From: Fimbriosthenelais zetlandica
Taxonomy: Eukaryota
Assembly: GCA_977030845.1 (NCBI GenBank)
Contig: OZ365111.1
Location: 49,972,001-50,036,000, forward strand
Reading direction: 5' to 3'
DNA: 64,000 bases
Positions 24,101-36,870 of this stretch are shown piece by piece. The stretch's first letter is position 1. Each line of letters opens with the position of its first letter. The notes under the pieces were generated by a model, which saw nothing but the letters and a program-made list of their open reading frames with translations, was not told where the DNA came from and did not search any database. Position numbers and translations under genes: made by a program.

Positions 24101-26072
24101 TGTAATACCTCCGCCACCTCTTGTACAAGTTTTGGTGAACACTCGTCAACAAGGGTACGAGACCTCGTTTATGACTAGGATGACGAGGCCCTCGTCGCCA
24201 AAGGGCGTGCATGTCTTTTGTGAAGTTTGTCTTCACCTTTTTTGACGGAATTTGGGCTCTCGTTGTAGAAATCACGGAGAACTCTACACTTGCCTGTCGG
24301 TTACTTGTACAAGGCCCTGTGTGAGGGTTTTGTCTGGGACGCCTTGTACCTCAGGTCATGATTGTGTGGTGTAGGTACTGGGTGAGGCAGACATGCTGAC
24401 CATTAACCACTGATTTAAGTCCCTATTGAGTTTCCTCAGCTGAATGCATAATCAGGAGCAGGTAGGAATCAGCAGGACCAGGCCATGTTAGTCGGTGCTT
24501 TATATCTATACATTGTTGCCTCAAGGACCTCCTCACAGCAGCCGCAATCATGTTGGATAGGTTTCATTTCCATAAAACCGATCTCAAATGTAAAAAATCT
24601 CCTGCAAAGCACTTGCCTCAAGAACGTACATCCAAGGGGTGGCGTACTGCCCTATTCTGAGATGATCTTTCGTTGTCACTGATACGAATTGTGGGGGGAG
24701 CTCCCCACAACTGCATTGTTTATCAATGTCAAATTGGGAAAGTTTATGATGCAATTCATTCAAAGCTCATTCAAGTACAGCTTGGGCATCCCACCACTGC
24801 ATGTTTCCTCATTCAGCTTCTTAAGTGGCCTACTATATTTTCTTCAATTTCACTAGTGTTTTCATGTAAACTATCACACAGTCATCATGTGCTTCACTGC
24901 CTTTGTTCAAGCCATTACATTTAATGACCATTAGATCTACTAATGAATCTTATTCTGATATATTCCCAGAAAAGGTCAAACCCTTCTTCTTTCCGCGTTT
25001 ACGGCGAAATATCTGTGTCAGGAAAGGGCACAGTTGTCTCTCGTCTTGTATATTACAGAGAGTGAATATTTGACATCTGTTTTTTGTCATTCATTAGATA
25101 TTTAGTTCTGGAATGATCAGTATTAAATGCTCGCCTGAACCTGGCTTCCCATGGCCGTGCATTCATTTCAATATTTCAATAGTCTCTCAGAACGCCAATA
25201 TGGTAACCACAATGCAAAAAACACAGGCCTTCGTTTTTCGTGAAAATATTATTGTCATGATGAAAATAAGGAAACTTTGATTTGGTCTGGCCTCAGGGTC
25301 CACTTACCATCTGGAAGATTCCCTGACTACATGAAAGGAAACTCTTTGTAATTGATTACAAAGTGTAAAATCATTGTCATTTATCAGATTTACAGTGCCT
25401 CAATGCCCATGCTTTGGATGGGTCCCAAAGAAAAGGATTTTACTGCCCAATTTGAATTTTCTGTCTACCTTTTTTACATCAATTCCATTAGCCACATTTT
25501 ATGGCATCTCGTAAATGTCCCAACCTTTTCCACAAGACAAGATGAAATTGACAAAAGTTAAACAAAATGAAATGTCTGAAAGGCAAGTGCTTGCTTCATC
25601 CTGTGGGTTCCATGCAGGGATTTAAGAAAACGGTTCTTAGCACCCCCGCCCCATCCCCCACTCCTCGTAAAAGGTGAGAAAATGGGGCTGGTTATTTTAG
25701 AGAAGTCAACATTTACATGCTTTTAAAATAGGTTTGTCGTTTTACTGGAGCTATTTTATTATTAATGGGACCTTTTGAAATCTGACAAGCCTGAGGGCGT
25801 GCTGTGACAGGACTCGCTGTGGCCATGCCAAACATCAAAACCAATTTGAGAAGGAAAGGACATGCAGCGTTAAGAAAAGCATTTAAAAAATCATTTTATC
25901 CCTCTCGGCTGTAGACCCTTCTGCAGCCGTGTTTTCTTGCTGCAATTACTATTAAAAATTGTCAAAAATGCCAGAGGTTTTACTTGCCTTGCCATCAACG
26001 GCTCCTAGGGAAACTTAAGAAATAGCTGTAAAAACTTGAATATTCATTGGACCAGATAGGCGGTCTGAGAGG

Positions 26073-26150
26073 GTACTCCACTGCTGCGATTTTGCTTTGT
26101 TCACACTGAACACTCCACTGCTGCGATTTTGCATGGTTCACATTGAACAC
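26073..26150. repeat. Two tandem half-arms of MITE family A (about 37-bp period)
   Basis: ACTCCACTGCTGCGATTTTGC...TTCACAYTGAAC twice in direct orientation. Confidence 0.7.
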
Positions 26151-26764
26151 TTGTATCCATGACCTGTTGCAGAATGCTCTGAGCTCTCCCAATACCCGCT
26201 AATAAAACCCAATAATTACCTCCTGCCTCGTTTTCTAAAGACCATCCCATCCATAAAATGTAGCGGAAGCGCTTTTTGGTTGAGGGTGGAAGTTTGCAAA
26301 TGATTTGGTCCATACAAAATGGCATGTCTCTGGTCCTCTTTTTTTTCCTGGCTTTTTCTCTCTTATTTTTGTCTCCCACTGCTTGAAGACAGCTTTATAC
26401 CAAATCAATACTCGTCCATGGGGACCGACATACAACATCAGTGAAGCCTTTTTGTGTTTCAGCTTGAAGGCATGGCTTTTGATTTAGAGTTCCTTTCTAA
26501 TTTTATCACCATCAATATGACTCTCCTATGCATTACACACATTGATGTACCATTTCCCTTTAATGTATACCTTCAGCAAACCTCAGTTATTCAAGCTTAT
26601 TCAATTTCTGAGAGAAAAATAATCAGTAAGCCCTCTGAAATTATGAGTTATTTTACTACATGAATATAGATTGCTCAAAGGCAATATTTCCAGCTGTAAT
26701 TTAAGAGCTGAATTGGTGCAGTAATTTGCAGAAAGGAGTGTACATGTATATGAAAAAGGCAATA

Positions 26765-26990
26765 ATGGCTCAGGTGGTAGTGTGTTCACCATGAATGTGG
26801 AAGTTCTAAGTTCACTTCACCTTGCATTCTCCAAATTTGCCATTGTCCTCTACCTGCTGCTGCTAACTGGGAAATCAAAGACCAGCCATATCTCCCGATG
26901 ACAGAGGCATGTACAGGCCTAAGAACTGTTGAGCTACCGTTTGTGAAAAGCGTTTGCTTCTCGTTCTGAGATGCTGAAACATTGCTGACT
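26765..26990 (+). mobile_element. SINE family B copy with tRNA-derived head
   Basis: A-box-like TGGCTCAGGTGG at 26766, degenerate B box, GCATTCTCCAAATTTGCCATTGTCC, core GCTGCTAACTGGGAAATCAAAGACCAGCC. Confidence 0.75.
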
Positions 26991-27501
26991 GTAGGTTATT
27001 GCATACATATATATAGTCCCATCATATATGCCATGTTATAACTCAGAAGTCGAGCTTCATTAATTGAAGTTGAAATAAGTCAACAGACTCATTAATGAAT
27101 CAGATTTCAGACGCATTGTTTATGTTTGTTTGGATGATGGCCTTCATAATGAGTCTTGTGCTGTAGCTCCAATGTTATTCTCACAGGTGAGCACTCCCCA
27201 GTCACTAGTACCCATTTAAAGCTCACTTTTCCACAAAGATCGTTTTAAATACCTCCTGAAATCATGTATCTATTACTCACTGGACGAAGGGGTTGAAACA
27301 AATTGTGCCTCTGGCTGATTGAATTACTATTTTGACGGTTAAAAAAGTGAGCAAGCACCCATTACGGATTTAGTGTAATTTGACATTTCATTCCTTTAAA
27401 TGGAGCATCAGGGATAGTGTTTCCACCCTCCAGCATCTGTCAGCATTGCTTTGATGGACTAATTAACTGTCAAGTTCCATGTGCTTTGTGTTTAAATATG
27501 A

Positions 27502-27694
27502 GACTCCACTACTACTGCGATTTTGCTTGCAAAACGTCAGAGAAAAAGGTGATGCTTGTGTTCCAATAAATTGATCGATTGTGGTCGGGGTCTCCAAGAG
27601 CTTAAGGCAGTCCCCCTCTGGTATATATTTCATTGCGATAACGTTTCCACATTTATCTAACAGCATGTCATGTAGTCTCTCAGCAGTGGAGTAC
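27502..27694. mobile_element. MITE family A copy (degenerate)
   Basis: GACTCCACTACTACTGCGATTTTGCTTGC left arm; CAGCAGTGGAGTAC right end. Confidence 0.65.
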
Positions 27695-29841
27695 TGGCTT
27701 TAGTATTGATGCCCCCGAGGTCACTCCCTCAGATTGGTAGGACATCTTATTACTGAGATTCGATACCATTAATTTTGTGTAATAAAAAACCAAGATGGCA
27801 TTCCATTCTTGAAATGTTAAAATGAATTGCATTGATGATAAGAAATCATTTAGTAATCTAAAAGTTTCTGCAAGGATAATATGGATAAAAAATCTGACGG
27901 AAAATAGGCAAATAAATAAATAAATAAATGGATCCTCGTCCCTATCACTACATTCTTCCCATTCCTCTTAGTCCCTCACCGTGTAATTGAGGGAAATACC
28001 AAAACGAATCTTGAAGAAAAATGCCCATCAGTCTTGGAGTGTTTGGAAATAGGAGAGATGCAGTAAGTTTGGCAGGCAATCGGGCGTTTTGAAGGGTCGC
28101 GCCGGACACGTTGAAGATCCCTAATGAGGGCTTGTTAGTGAACGTGGATTCTGACCTCTCCTATTTGGAAAAGACAAGAATTTTTACCAAGATTCCTGCA
28201 ATAAAGTTCCCACATGAGAGCAGAACTAAGCAGGGGGTATGGTGTGTTCTATGTTGTCTGTAACACCAAAACCAAATTTATCAACAACAAAAAACAGCCT
28301 CATGTCCTGTATATAATAAGAAAAACATTGTCAGTAAAATTCTCTCTTTTAGGGAGATTATAATCCTGGTAAGAGAGTGATACTAGAAAAACATTCTGGC
28401 AAAATTCTCACAAGAATTGGAAATTGGCCCACAATAGGACAATGACAATTCTGGTCTAAGTGTAACCCCCTTCAAAAATCCTGCCTATGGGAGATATTGC
28501 TTCGCATTCCCCCCTCCCCGTCCCCCTCCAGCCGCTTTCTCTGCCATGTTGGGTGACCGGCTTATCCCCTCCATCTACCTCGTATATTGACGCCATCGAC
28601 TGGAGTGGCAGTGAGGCACTTGTCACAGACAAATGGCAGTAATTAGACTGCTACAGTAAGACAGACTGCCTCCCAGCCCTCCACAGCTCCTTCACTGCCT
28701 CCATGCAGCCGTTACCCAACCCTATAGCCCTGTAAGATGTGGTGCTAAACTCTATAGATCCCTCTATACCAGGCAAGAACAAAGTTGCAATGGGTTTTGC
28801 GATATACAGATTCTACTGCGGATCCAGTTGAGATGATTTTTTTTTACCAGATAAAATAATATTTGGTCCAGAACTTTTAGAGAGAATTATAACAAGGTGT
28901 AAGAGAATTATTATTCACAGACAGTGACATCTTGGAACACCCACCCTGCCCCACCCACCTTCCAAAATCGTTTTTCACCCCTACCAAATATTAATTGGTT
29001 GAAAGTTTCATTATGAATAATTATGTGCATTTTTCGAAACTCAATGATAATGAACCTCCTAATCATATGTATAGGTCTTTCAACATTATAAATTGTGTCT
29101 TCTTGAAGTGCCCTAATTGTAATTAAAAAAAATGGCCTAAAACATCTAGGAATCTCATCAATAATATGGGTTGGATCACCAAGATACGAAAGACAAAAAT
29201 GAAGGCAATATGTTAAGACTTTAACACAATATTGGTTGATTACCAGCAGATTAGCCTACCACACACTGTCTAGTATGGACAACACGATGCCATCTCTAAT
29301 GACCCAGTGTAATGCAAAGGATGTTTTTAATGAAACACATAGAAAATTAGCGAGGTGGAAATATTGCTGGATTATAAGAGGCTGGTGCCTTGATTGCCTG
29401 GCTGATGTAGATGGAGAGTAACAAGGCAGCATGGTGATATTAGAGCTATGTATGCATGTAAATTATCCCCATCCTTATTGACACCATCACTGCCTCTCCT
29501 CATAATGGCTCTATATATTAGATACTTGCTTTTATTTACCTCTGGCCAAGTAAATTACCACGCCAAGTGCCGCTGGCAATTCTGTCGTACCATAAGCCAT
29601 CATACACTGTTACAAATCCTAACAGCTTGTCATGGTCTGGACAATATTCAGAGCATGTCCAGGCGGCGGGTTTTTCGGGATTGCGACGCGCGCCGTCAGA
29701 GCGCATTAATTCCCACCGTCTATGCGTCGCCGCACAGTCGCACACTGAAACAACGTGCCGCTGTTCGTGGCTTAAGGTTTTACAACAGCGCGCCGTCCCC
29801 ACTAATCCCTTTACCACACTGAGCGCCACATGAAAACCGGC

Positions 29842-29975
29842 CCCTGATTGGTCCATAATATGAGCCTATACCCCCACCCTGATTGGTCCATAATATGAGC
29901 CTCTACCCCCACCCTGATTGGTCCATAATATGAGCCTCTACCCCCCCCCCCCCCCCCGCCCCCCCCCCCCCCCAT
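29842..29975. repeat. 35-bp tandem repeat x3 (each with CTGATTGG) followed by poly-C
   Basis: CCCTGATTGGTCCATAATATGAGCCTCTACCCCCA at 29842, 29877 and 29912. Confidence 0.95.
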
Positions 29976-32294
29976 CCACTATACCCGCCCCGCCTCCCCA
30001 ACCCACCCCTATTCCCCCAACTTTTATTAATCATCAATAATTATAGAGATCATCAATTGAGGTGTTGACTTGGCCTTTGGAGACGTGGCATAACATTCCT
30101 GAACCAAATGAGCCATGTTTTCTAATCACTCTCCCTCTCTCTCTTCCTGAAAATAAATGAAATTGTGTAAGCAGTAAAAAGAAATATTTGAAATCAAAAT
30201 TTATCTCTATTAAGGGCCATCTCAAAAGTTTGCAAGTTCTGTCTAAATTTAAGTAGATTATTTTTGGAACCAGTCAACCCCACTTCCCCCTATCTTAAAG
30301 TGAAAAAAGCATATATTCAACTGTTTTTGCACACTTTTGAAACAATATCATTATTGAGACTATCACATCATTACTAGTGCAACAAATAAATGTTCCAAAC
30401 TTTAAGAATTATAATCCCCCCTTTGAAGACTCTGCCCGCCACATCCGCCCAGGTGGGGGGATGTGGCGGGGCAGAGACAATAGGCGGATTAGTGTGGCTA
30501 TATGTGGGTCTATTGTTGTCCATGCCTACACGAGGTCTGTAAATAAACATATACATGTACTATAATTATGCGAGGTAGATAATGCGAGATGCAGGCTAAG
30601 ACATAACCGAATATATTATGTTTTAAAAATGATACATTTTAACCTCACTTCTTTTAAAACAGTTATGGAAGCTTCCCCTTGTTTTCTGATTCGCGGATTT
30701 TCACCTGCTGTCTCATTTATTATGGAGTATGTCAATGTCAAATGACCATGAAATCCGAATCTCTGGCGCGTAGGCTAATGTCTGAAAAATACAATAATAG
30801 ATATAAGGTTATTTCATGGCGCAAATTCGTCCTCAATGTTTGTAGACTGGCCAATTGTTTTAGCGCAAACTGGCGTCCACAAAGCCACACTATCGACAAA
30901 TGTGTGAAATAGGGGCTCTAAATCCAGGCATGTTAATAAATATAAGTTTTAATTCACAGGCTTCCAGAAAAATGAAGATGACTGACTGTTTATTATCATA
31001 AATAATTGTACATACCAACATCTGGGGCCTGTCGAACTTCCACAGAGTAGGCCTATGACATGAGATATTGAATCTGAAAGATAAATGATAATCAAAGTAG
31101 GATGAAACAATGTATAAATGTAATGTTTAATCATGTCGGCTTTTATTATTGGTATTACAAAACCCAAGATAGTGAACAGTGAAGAACAATGATGGTGAAG
31201 GATTCTGCTTACCATTGCGCATGAATGAAGCATGTCAAGCATGTCTTCCCTCTTTCAAAGTTGACGGGAAACTGACCACCCCCTCTCCCTCACTGCAGTG
31301 AAGGCCTCGGGTAGTCTCCTACCCGCCTAATGCCTAAGACCCATCACCCTCCTCCAATCAGAGGTGTTAGTAGGTGGTGGTCACTTAAGCGTGACCAAAT
31401 TTGACCACCACGCAACGACATGTCTATACATGCATTTATAACTGATTATGACATTTATAGCCGAACGAATCTTCAAGTCATAGATTTTATTGAAATATTA
31501 CTGTACTTGGGACCTGTGTGCATTAACACTATAGGCTATTATACATATGTAACTTTAAGCCTACTTTATAATTCATGGTTGCTTATTTACAACTAAGGTA
31601 AAATTGTTAAACAAATTTTAAAATCTCAAAATTCAATGCGATGTCATGGTTTCCATGGTAACCAGAACAAATTAAAAAATTTTGTTCTCCGAGCTTAATG
31701 TCAATTCTTTCTAAAATATTTACCTTTTCATATACATTGAAAGAGAGATTATTTGTTTCTCAAATATACATCTCCTTGTCTCATAATTCATTTCTGCAGG
31801 TATAATCATAATATTTGCAGGCCTTATTCCTTGATTGTCTGATACACCTTATGTGCTACTAGTGGGTAGTTAGGACTCTAAATGTTAGAGGGTGGCTAGG
31901 GGTGTATAGCCCCCCGGGGTGGCATGATGTGTGTTGATGAGGTAGACAATGGAAATATCAGCTGTCGGACGGCGGCATTTCTGAAGCTTTACTCAAACGA
32001 TGGCATGCTGTTCAGGAGTTGGCTGGATGGCGACAGGGTAGTGTCGCCATCTAAGCAAATATTATATTAGGTATGGACGGCGCCAGACTGTTGAACATTT
32101 TGGATTTTTAACAGTGTAGACTATATGAAGAGCTGATATTTCCTCACACCCCAGGCAAATTAATCGTCAGGTCTGAAAGTGATAGCAATGGGGAAGTGAA
32201 GTGAGTGGTTGACACCTGGCTAAAGGGCCAGGCTCAGACTAAGGAGATAAAATAAGGTTTTAGCAACGTCACAATTACTGGTTAAATCCCTTAG

Positions 32295-32425
32295 CACCCA
32301 GTGCTGCTAACTGGGATATCAAAGGCCAGTCATGTCTCCTACCGCTTGTAGTCGGAGAGCCTGAAGAGAGTGTGTCCATCGTGTGCCGACAGCGTGTTTC
32401 CTTATCGTCCTCCGATAGCTTTAAA
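32295..32425 (+). mobile_element. SINE family B core copy
   Basis: CACCCAGTGCTGCTAACTGGGATATCAAAGGCCAGTCATGTCTCC ... GTGTGCCGACAGCGTGTTTCCTTATCGTCC. Confidence 0.75.
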
Positions 32426-32884
32426 AATACTGATTTGGTATTAAACCAATTATTCGTTGCATCAATGGCCCATGACCATCCATGCAGGATTCCTTTATTG
32501 TGGGAATCCCATATGAATTATTTTAAGGATAAAATAATGATCGTCCATAGATACTCATGAATTTGGTGTCAAATAAACACACACCTCTGAATACTTCCTC
32601 CTGGATAACCACAACCATGTGGAAATCTGCCAAAAACTTTTTAAAAAAACCATTGATTTAATTCATGACATTGAAATGCGATGTCCTCCACTCGTCCTGT
32701 TTCCTGTTTTGCCTGTTGGCAGTAATTGCTATAAAAAGTGGTTGTAAATTTTAACATGTTGCTTCTCAGGCCCAATATCCATTCAATTTTGTCTCGCTTT
32801 TTCCTCTGATAACTCAAGAAGTATTTACATTACCAATATCAATAGAAACATATACTTATTTGTGTTCGAGAGGAATAAGCCCTT

Positions 32885-32950
32885 ATCTGCCGACAACGTG
32901 TTTCCTTCTCGTTCTCAGATAGCTGAGAAATTTCTGAGTGGATGTCAAAC
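32885..32950 (+). mobile_element. SINE family B 3' fragment
   Basis: TGCCGACAACGTGTTTCCTTCTCGTTCTCAGATAGCTGAGAAATTTCTGAGTGGATGTCAAAC. Confidence 0.6.
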
Positions 32951-33392
32951 AATCTTTATCACTAATTGTGTATGTTAACTGAAAGAATACAGACTCTGAT
33001 GGGAATTCATCATCCTCATTCCCTTTTTTAGCGCCCAGTCTTTTATGTGGCGTTTCAAATTGCCTATATCTCGTTGATGATGATATTTCTTAGCCCATGT
33101 CCTGAGGAGATCTTAGCAGGAGATGGTTGTTTTTAAGGCTAGTATCTCATTATTGCATGCTATAGCTGGGTTGGATTTCCTCTTTTATGCGCCCGCCAGC
33201 TGTTGTTGCCTGAATAAAAACACTGTCTGTAATGAACCATATACTACTTGTTCTTCCATGAACATTTTCATTTTAAGGCACATTATTATAAGATAACTGC
33301 ACTGGCTATTTGTAATGTCAATGACTGTTTATGTGTCAATTCCCCAAACATTGCAAATGTTTATGTGTCAATACCTCAAACATTCAAATTTA

Positions 33393-33560
33393 CCATTGTC
33401 CTTCTCCACCCAGTGCTGCTAACTTGAATATCGAAGCCCAGCCATGTCCCCCACTGATTTAAGGGTAAGAGGCATCTATAAAAGAATCATTGCTGCCGTT
33501 TGACAAGCGCAGGCCATTATATCATGACAGTGTTTCCAACTCGTCCTGGGATACCCGATT
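33393..33560 (+). mobile_element. SINE family B copy
   Basis: CCATTGTCCTTCTCCACCCAGTGCTGCTAAC...AAAAGAATCATTGCTGCCGTTTGACAAGCGCAGGCC. Confidence 0.75.
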
Positions 33561-35626
33561 AATTAGTATTAACCAATATTCTCTCACGTGAAGCAATCAG
33601 TCTGAGAAATGTTGGTATTGAGTCTGGAAACTTTCCACGGGGAAGGATTTGCATTGTTTTAATGGCGGCCATGTCAGCTTGGTGAACTTGTCATCTGGGC
33701 TGTCAGAAACAAACGCCCCTGTCTGACCTTTAGACGGTCACAATCACACGTTTTCCTCCAGTTCCTTGTTGGCCATTCTCTCCTGTCATACCACACTTCC
33801 TTATACAAGAAAAATGATAGAAAATCAAAATATATAGCTTCTTGTCTGTTGTTCTGCACTTTCTTTTCCCATTGCTCTCCAGTATATCAAGGCTCAAGAA
33901 AAATTAGTTCCATTGAAGAACGAACTGCATGTATTGCAGAATCCTATTGCTTAACAGCCTGTGAAGTCTTCTGCAAATTTCCTCACTATATATGGCCTCT
34001 TAAGCTAGAATTGACACAGACCTTTTACAAGAAAACACACAGAAATTAAATTATAGATGTGCTTTTTAAAAATAAGGAGCGTGGAGATTCTGAAAAAGGC
34101 CCATTTAAAAGTTCTATGAGAGCCATACTACACACGATTGGATCTCTTGTGTTTGCAGACGTTTTCGAGCTTTGTCCCATTAAGTCCCAACCACAGGAAG
34201 TGTCTCATTGGTTTCCCCCTTATTCCTGCCTTGAGGACCTTGTTCTGAGATAGCTAGAAAATGCAGTCTATCCTATTTCCTCCAACTTAAGCCAGGGGGT
34301 ATCTGACGACTGAGTGTTGCCTAGGTAATTGCCACTGTCGTCGCCTGTTTACAAAACCCCCGGGTACCTCCCTGCACCAGTGGACTTGTGGCCAGCTCCA
34401 AGGGGAAATGGAATGAGGAATTCCGAGAGCATTTGGGTCCTTCTACTTCTCCCTCTACTTCTTATTCATTGGGCCCGCCCTAATATCACACTGTTTGCCC
34501 TGGAAGAACTTTAGGATTCCACACCCTTTTCTGCTAAGAACTCTTCTTCAAGCACACTTAAACTTTTAAAGGAAACTTAGGGGAAAATGGTGGTATATAT
34601 TGCTGCGTCTTCTTAAAAAATGACATATTGACAAGCAGTAATTCTAATCTACTCTCCTACAAGTTGGGAAATAATATTCCTATATGGCCTGACCACAGTT
34701 TTCTTTCTCAGGGCCTACATTCCACACCCACAAGCTCCCAATGAAGGGACTCTTTCCTAAACATCCCTGGCCGTTTTTTCTCCTCCCTCTCCTCTCACAT
34801 GTTGACATGCATTGGTGGCGACCAATAAAAGGTAATCCGTTACCATGGTAACAGTATCAAATAGGTGACTAGCGCGACAGACAGGAAATTCTAGCGCCCT
34901 GATCACCACACAATAGACGGCGAGGCTTCACCAGGGCAATAATATTGGTTGGTAATAGACCAACAGTGGTTACTCCTCCAATTACTGGCAGAAATTGATT
35001 AAAAAGACAAAAATATATACCATACTCATCTGGAATCCAGGTTGTATTTTTTAGTCTGGCTTCTTGGTTCTCTTTCTAGGAATTGCGAACACAATTGACA
35101 TACATTTTGATGTAGGGACTAGCTCCACTGCACTGAGGATCGAGCTGAAAATGCGAGAGAAAAAGCTTATTTCTTATCACCTAAGTGGAAATGGTTGACT
35201 TATGAAATCAACTGATGCTCCATATAAGCGATATTAAATATGTTGTAATATATATTTTTTTGAATATTATGGATTCGGTGGTTTGTATTGCCTGTAGTGG
35301 ATCCCAGTCATATAGGCGTCAGATAGTTTCAGCTTATTTCTTGCTCTTCTGGGATGTGCATTATCAGTCTTGTCAATCTCATTTCCTGACTAGCACGATC
35401 TACATGCAGGCCTTGTCACGCCTTAACCTCTTGTCTGTCATCATGCCTGTACACCATCATTTATCAAAGTCTACCTCCACACTTGATCTCCCTTTATCAA
35501 ATTCTGGAGGCCAACAAGAAAGTCAACATCACAAGCCTTTATCTTTCAAAGGCCAGACTGTGCGACCTGCAGGGATAGATTGTCACCCACTGATTTCCAG
35601 ATACCATTGTGCTTTCTTAAGGTGGT

Positions 35627-35797
35627 CCTCCACTGCTGCGATTTTCAATTTTCTGTGTGGTGCGACAAAGGCTGTCCCAAAGAAAAATGCCCTGGATAGT
35701 GGAGAACGGAGCCTTTGATACTTTGACAAGAATTTATTGCAACTTTTCCTGCTACTTTAATATTAAAGCAAAGACACACTGTGTCGCAATAGTGGAG
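35627..35797. mobile_element. MITE family A copy (degenerate)
   Basis: CTCCACTGCTGCGATTTT left arm; GTGTCGCAATAGTGGAG right arm. Confidence 0.65.
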
Positions 35798-36515
35798 AAT
35801 GGACTTTAAGTCCAGTCCCTTCTGGTGTGTCAGAATCCGAAAATCTAATTGTTCTCAGTTGTTGTTTGAGGATTCCAGACACCACAGTTGTTACAGTGGC
35901 ACGGCCACCTTAAAGTGCCTCAGAGGGCGGGAAGTCATTTGCTGGGGACGGCTTTCAGTTGGCGCCGTGCCTTTGTACTTGTCATCGACGTGTCTCGTCT
36001 TTCGCCAAAATGGCCGCCACTGGACGTCATGATAAGAGGCACAAAGTCACCATAGTGACCGAAACACCGGAAGTGTAGATCAATGACGTGATGAGCCGCT
36101 CTCAAGTTGAAGGCAGTGAGCTACTTCTTCACCCACTCCACCTCAAAAGGCCGTGGAAATTGGGGCATATGCTTGGACGTGTGCGATAAAGTGACTGCTT
36201 CTTAAACTAGCCTTCCTTACCTTAGCTTTTGTCCCCGGGCCTTTGAAAGGCTGATGGAGGTGGTGGTATGGCGGGATATTATTGGATACTGATGTAGCAG
36301 CTATGGCTATGTACTTTAGAGGACCTTGGATGAGAATATGGACTGGCATCCACTCGACAAAACTGGCTTAGGCTGGTAGAGTCAGAGAAGGTTGAATGTG
36401 GAGCCATCAGCTCTGTTTACATCTTACACTGACGTCTGTTTTCTTCAGATGTCCTTTATTTCCTACGATAGGGAGCGAATTTGTTCAAACGTTTGTCGAC
36501 ATGAAGTTTATTGTA

Positions 36516-36870
36516 CATCGATGGAACAACGATATAAAAACTGCTGTAGGGTCCGTTTAAATCACCAAAATGAATTTAAAAAATCGTAGTTAAATCGTAG
36601 ATATCGTAGTTAAACGTTTAAATAATATATATATATATATGCTAAAACTTTCAAAAGTATTCGAGTCTGGACTCACTGTGACTATACTTCCTCAGCCTTT
36701 ATGATTTGCCTAGTGTTGTTGAATCTGGCATCTGGTGTCCATCGATGGGACAACGATATAAAAACTGTACTAGGGTCCGATTAAATGGCGAAAATGAATT
36801 TATGAAATTGCAGTTAAACTTATATAAGTATATATGCTTTCATAAGTATTAGTCTCAACTCCATGTCAAT
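36516..36870. repeat. Diverged direct duplication, about 224-bp period
   Basis: CATCGATGG(A/G)ACAACGATATAAAAACTG...AGGGTCCG(T/A)TTAAAT...AAAATGAATTTA at 36516 and 36740. Confidence 0.8.

Noticed and set aside
24066-24360. GC-richer, coding-looking stretch
   Set aside because: All frames have stops within about 70 codons, with no recognisable motif or clear splice pair.
28000-28260. Possible second LINE RT fragment on the minus strand (RPI...ISPISK-like)
   Set aside because: Similarity is too weak to distinguish from chance by eye.
35215-35718. 167-aa ORF
   Set aside because: AT-rich low-information start, runs into a MITE arm, no domain motif.
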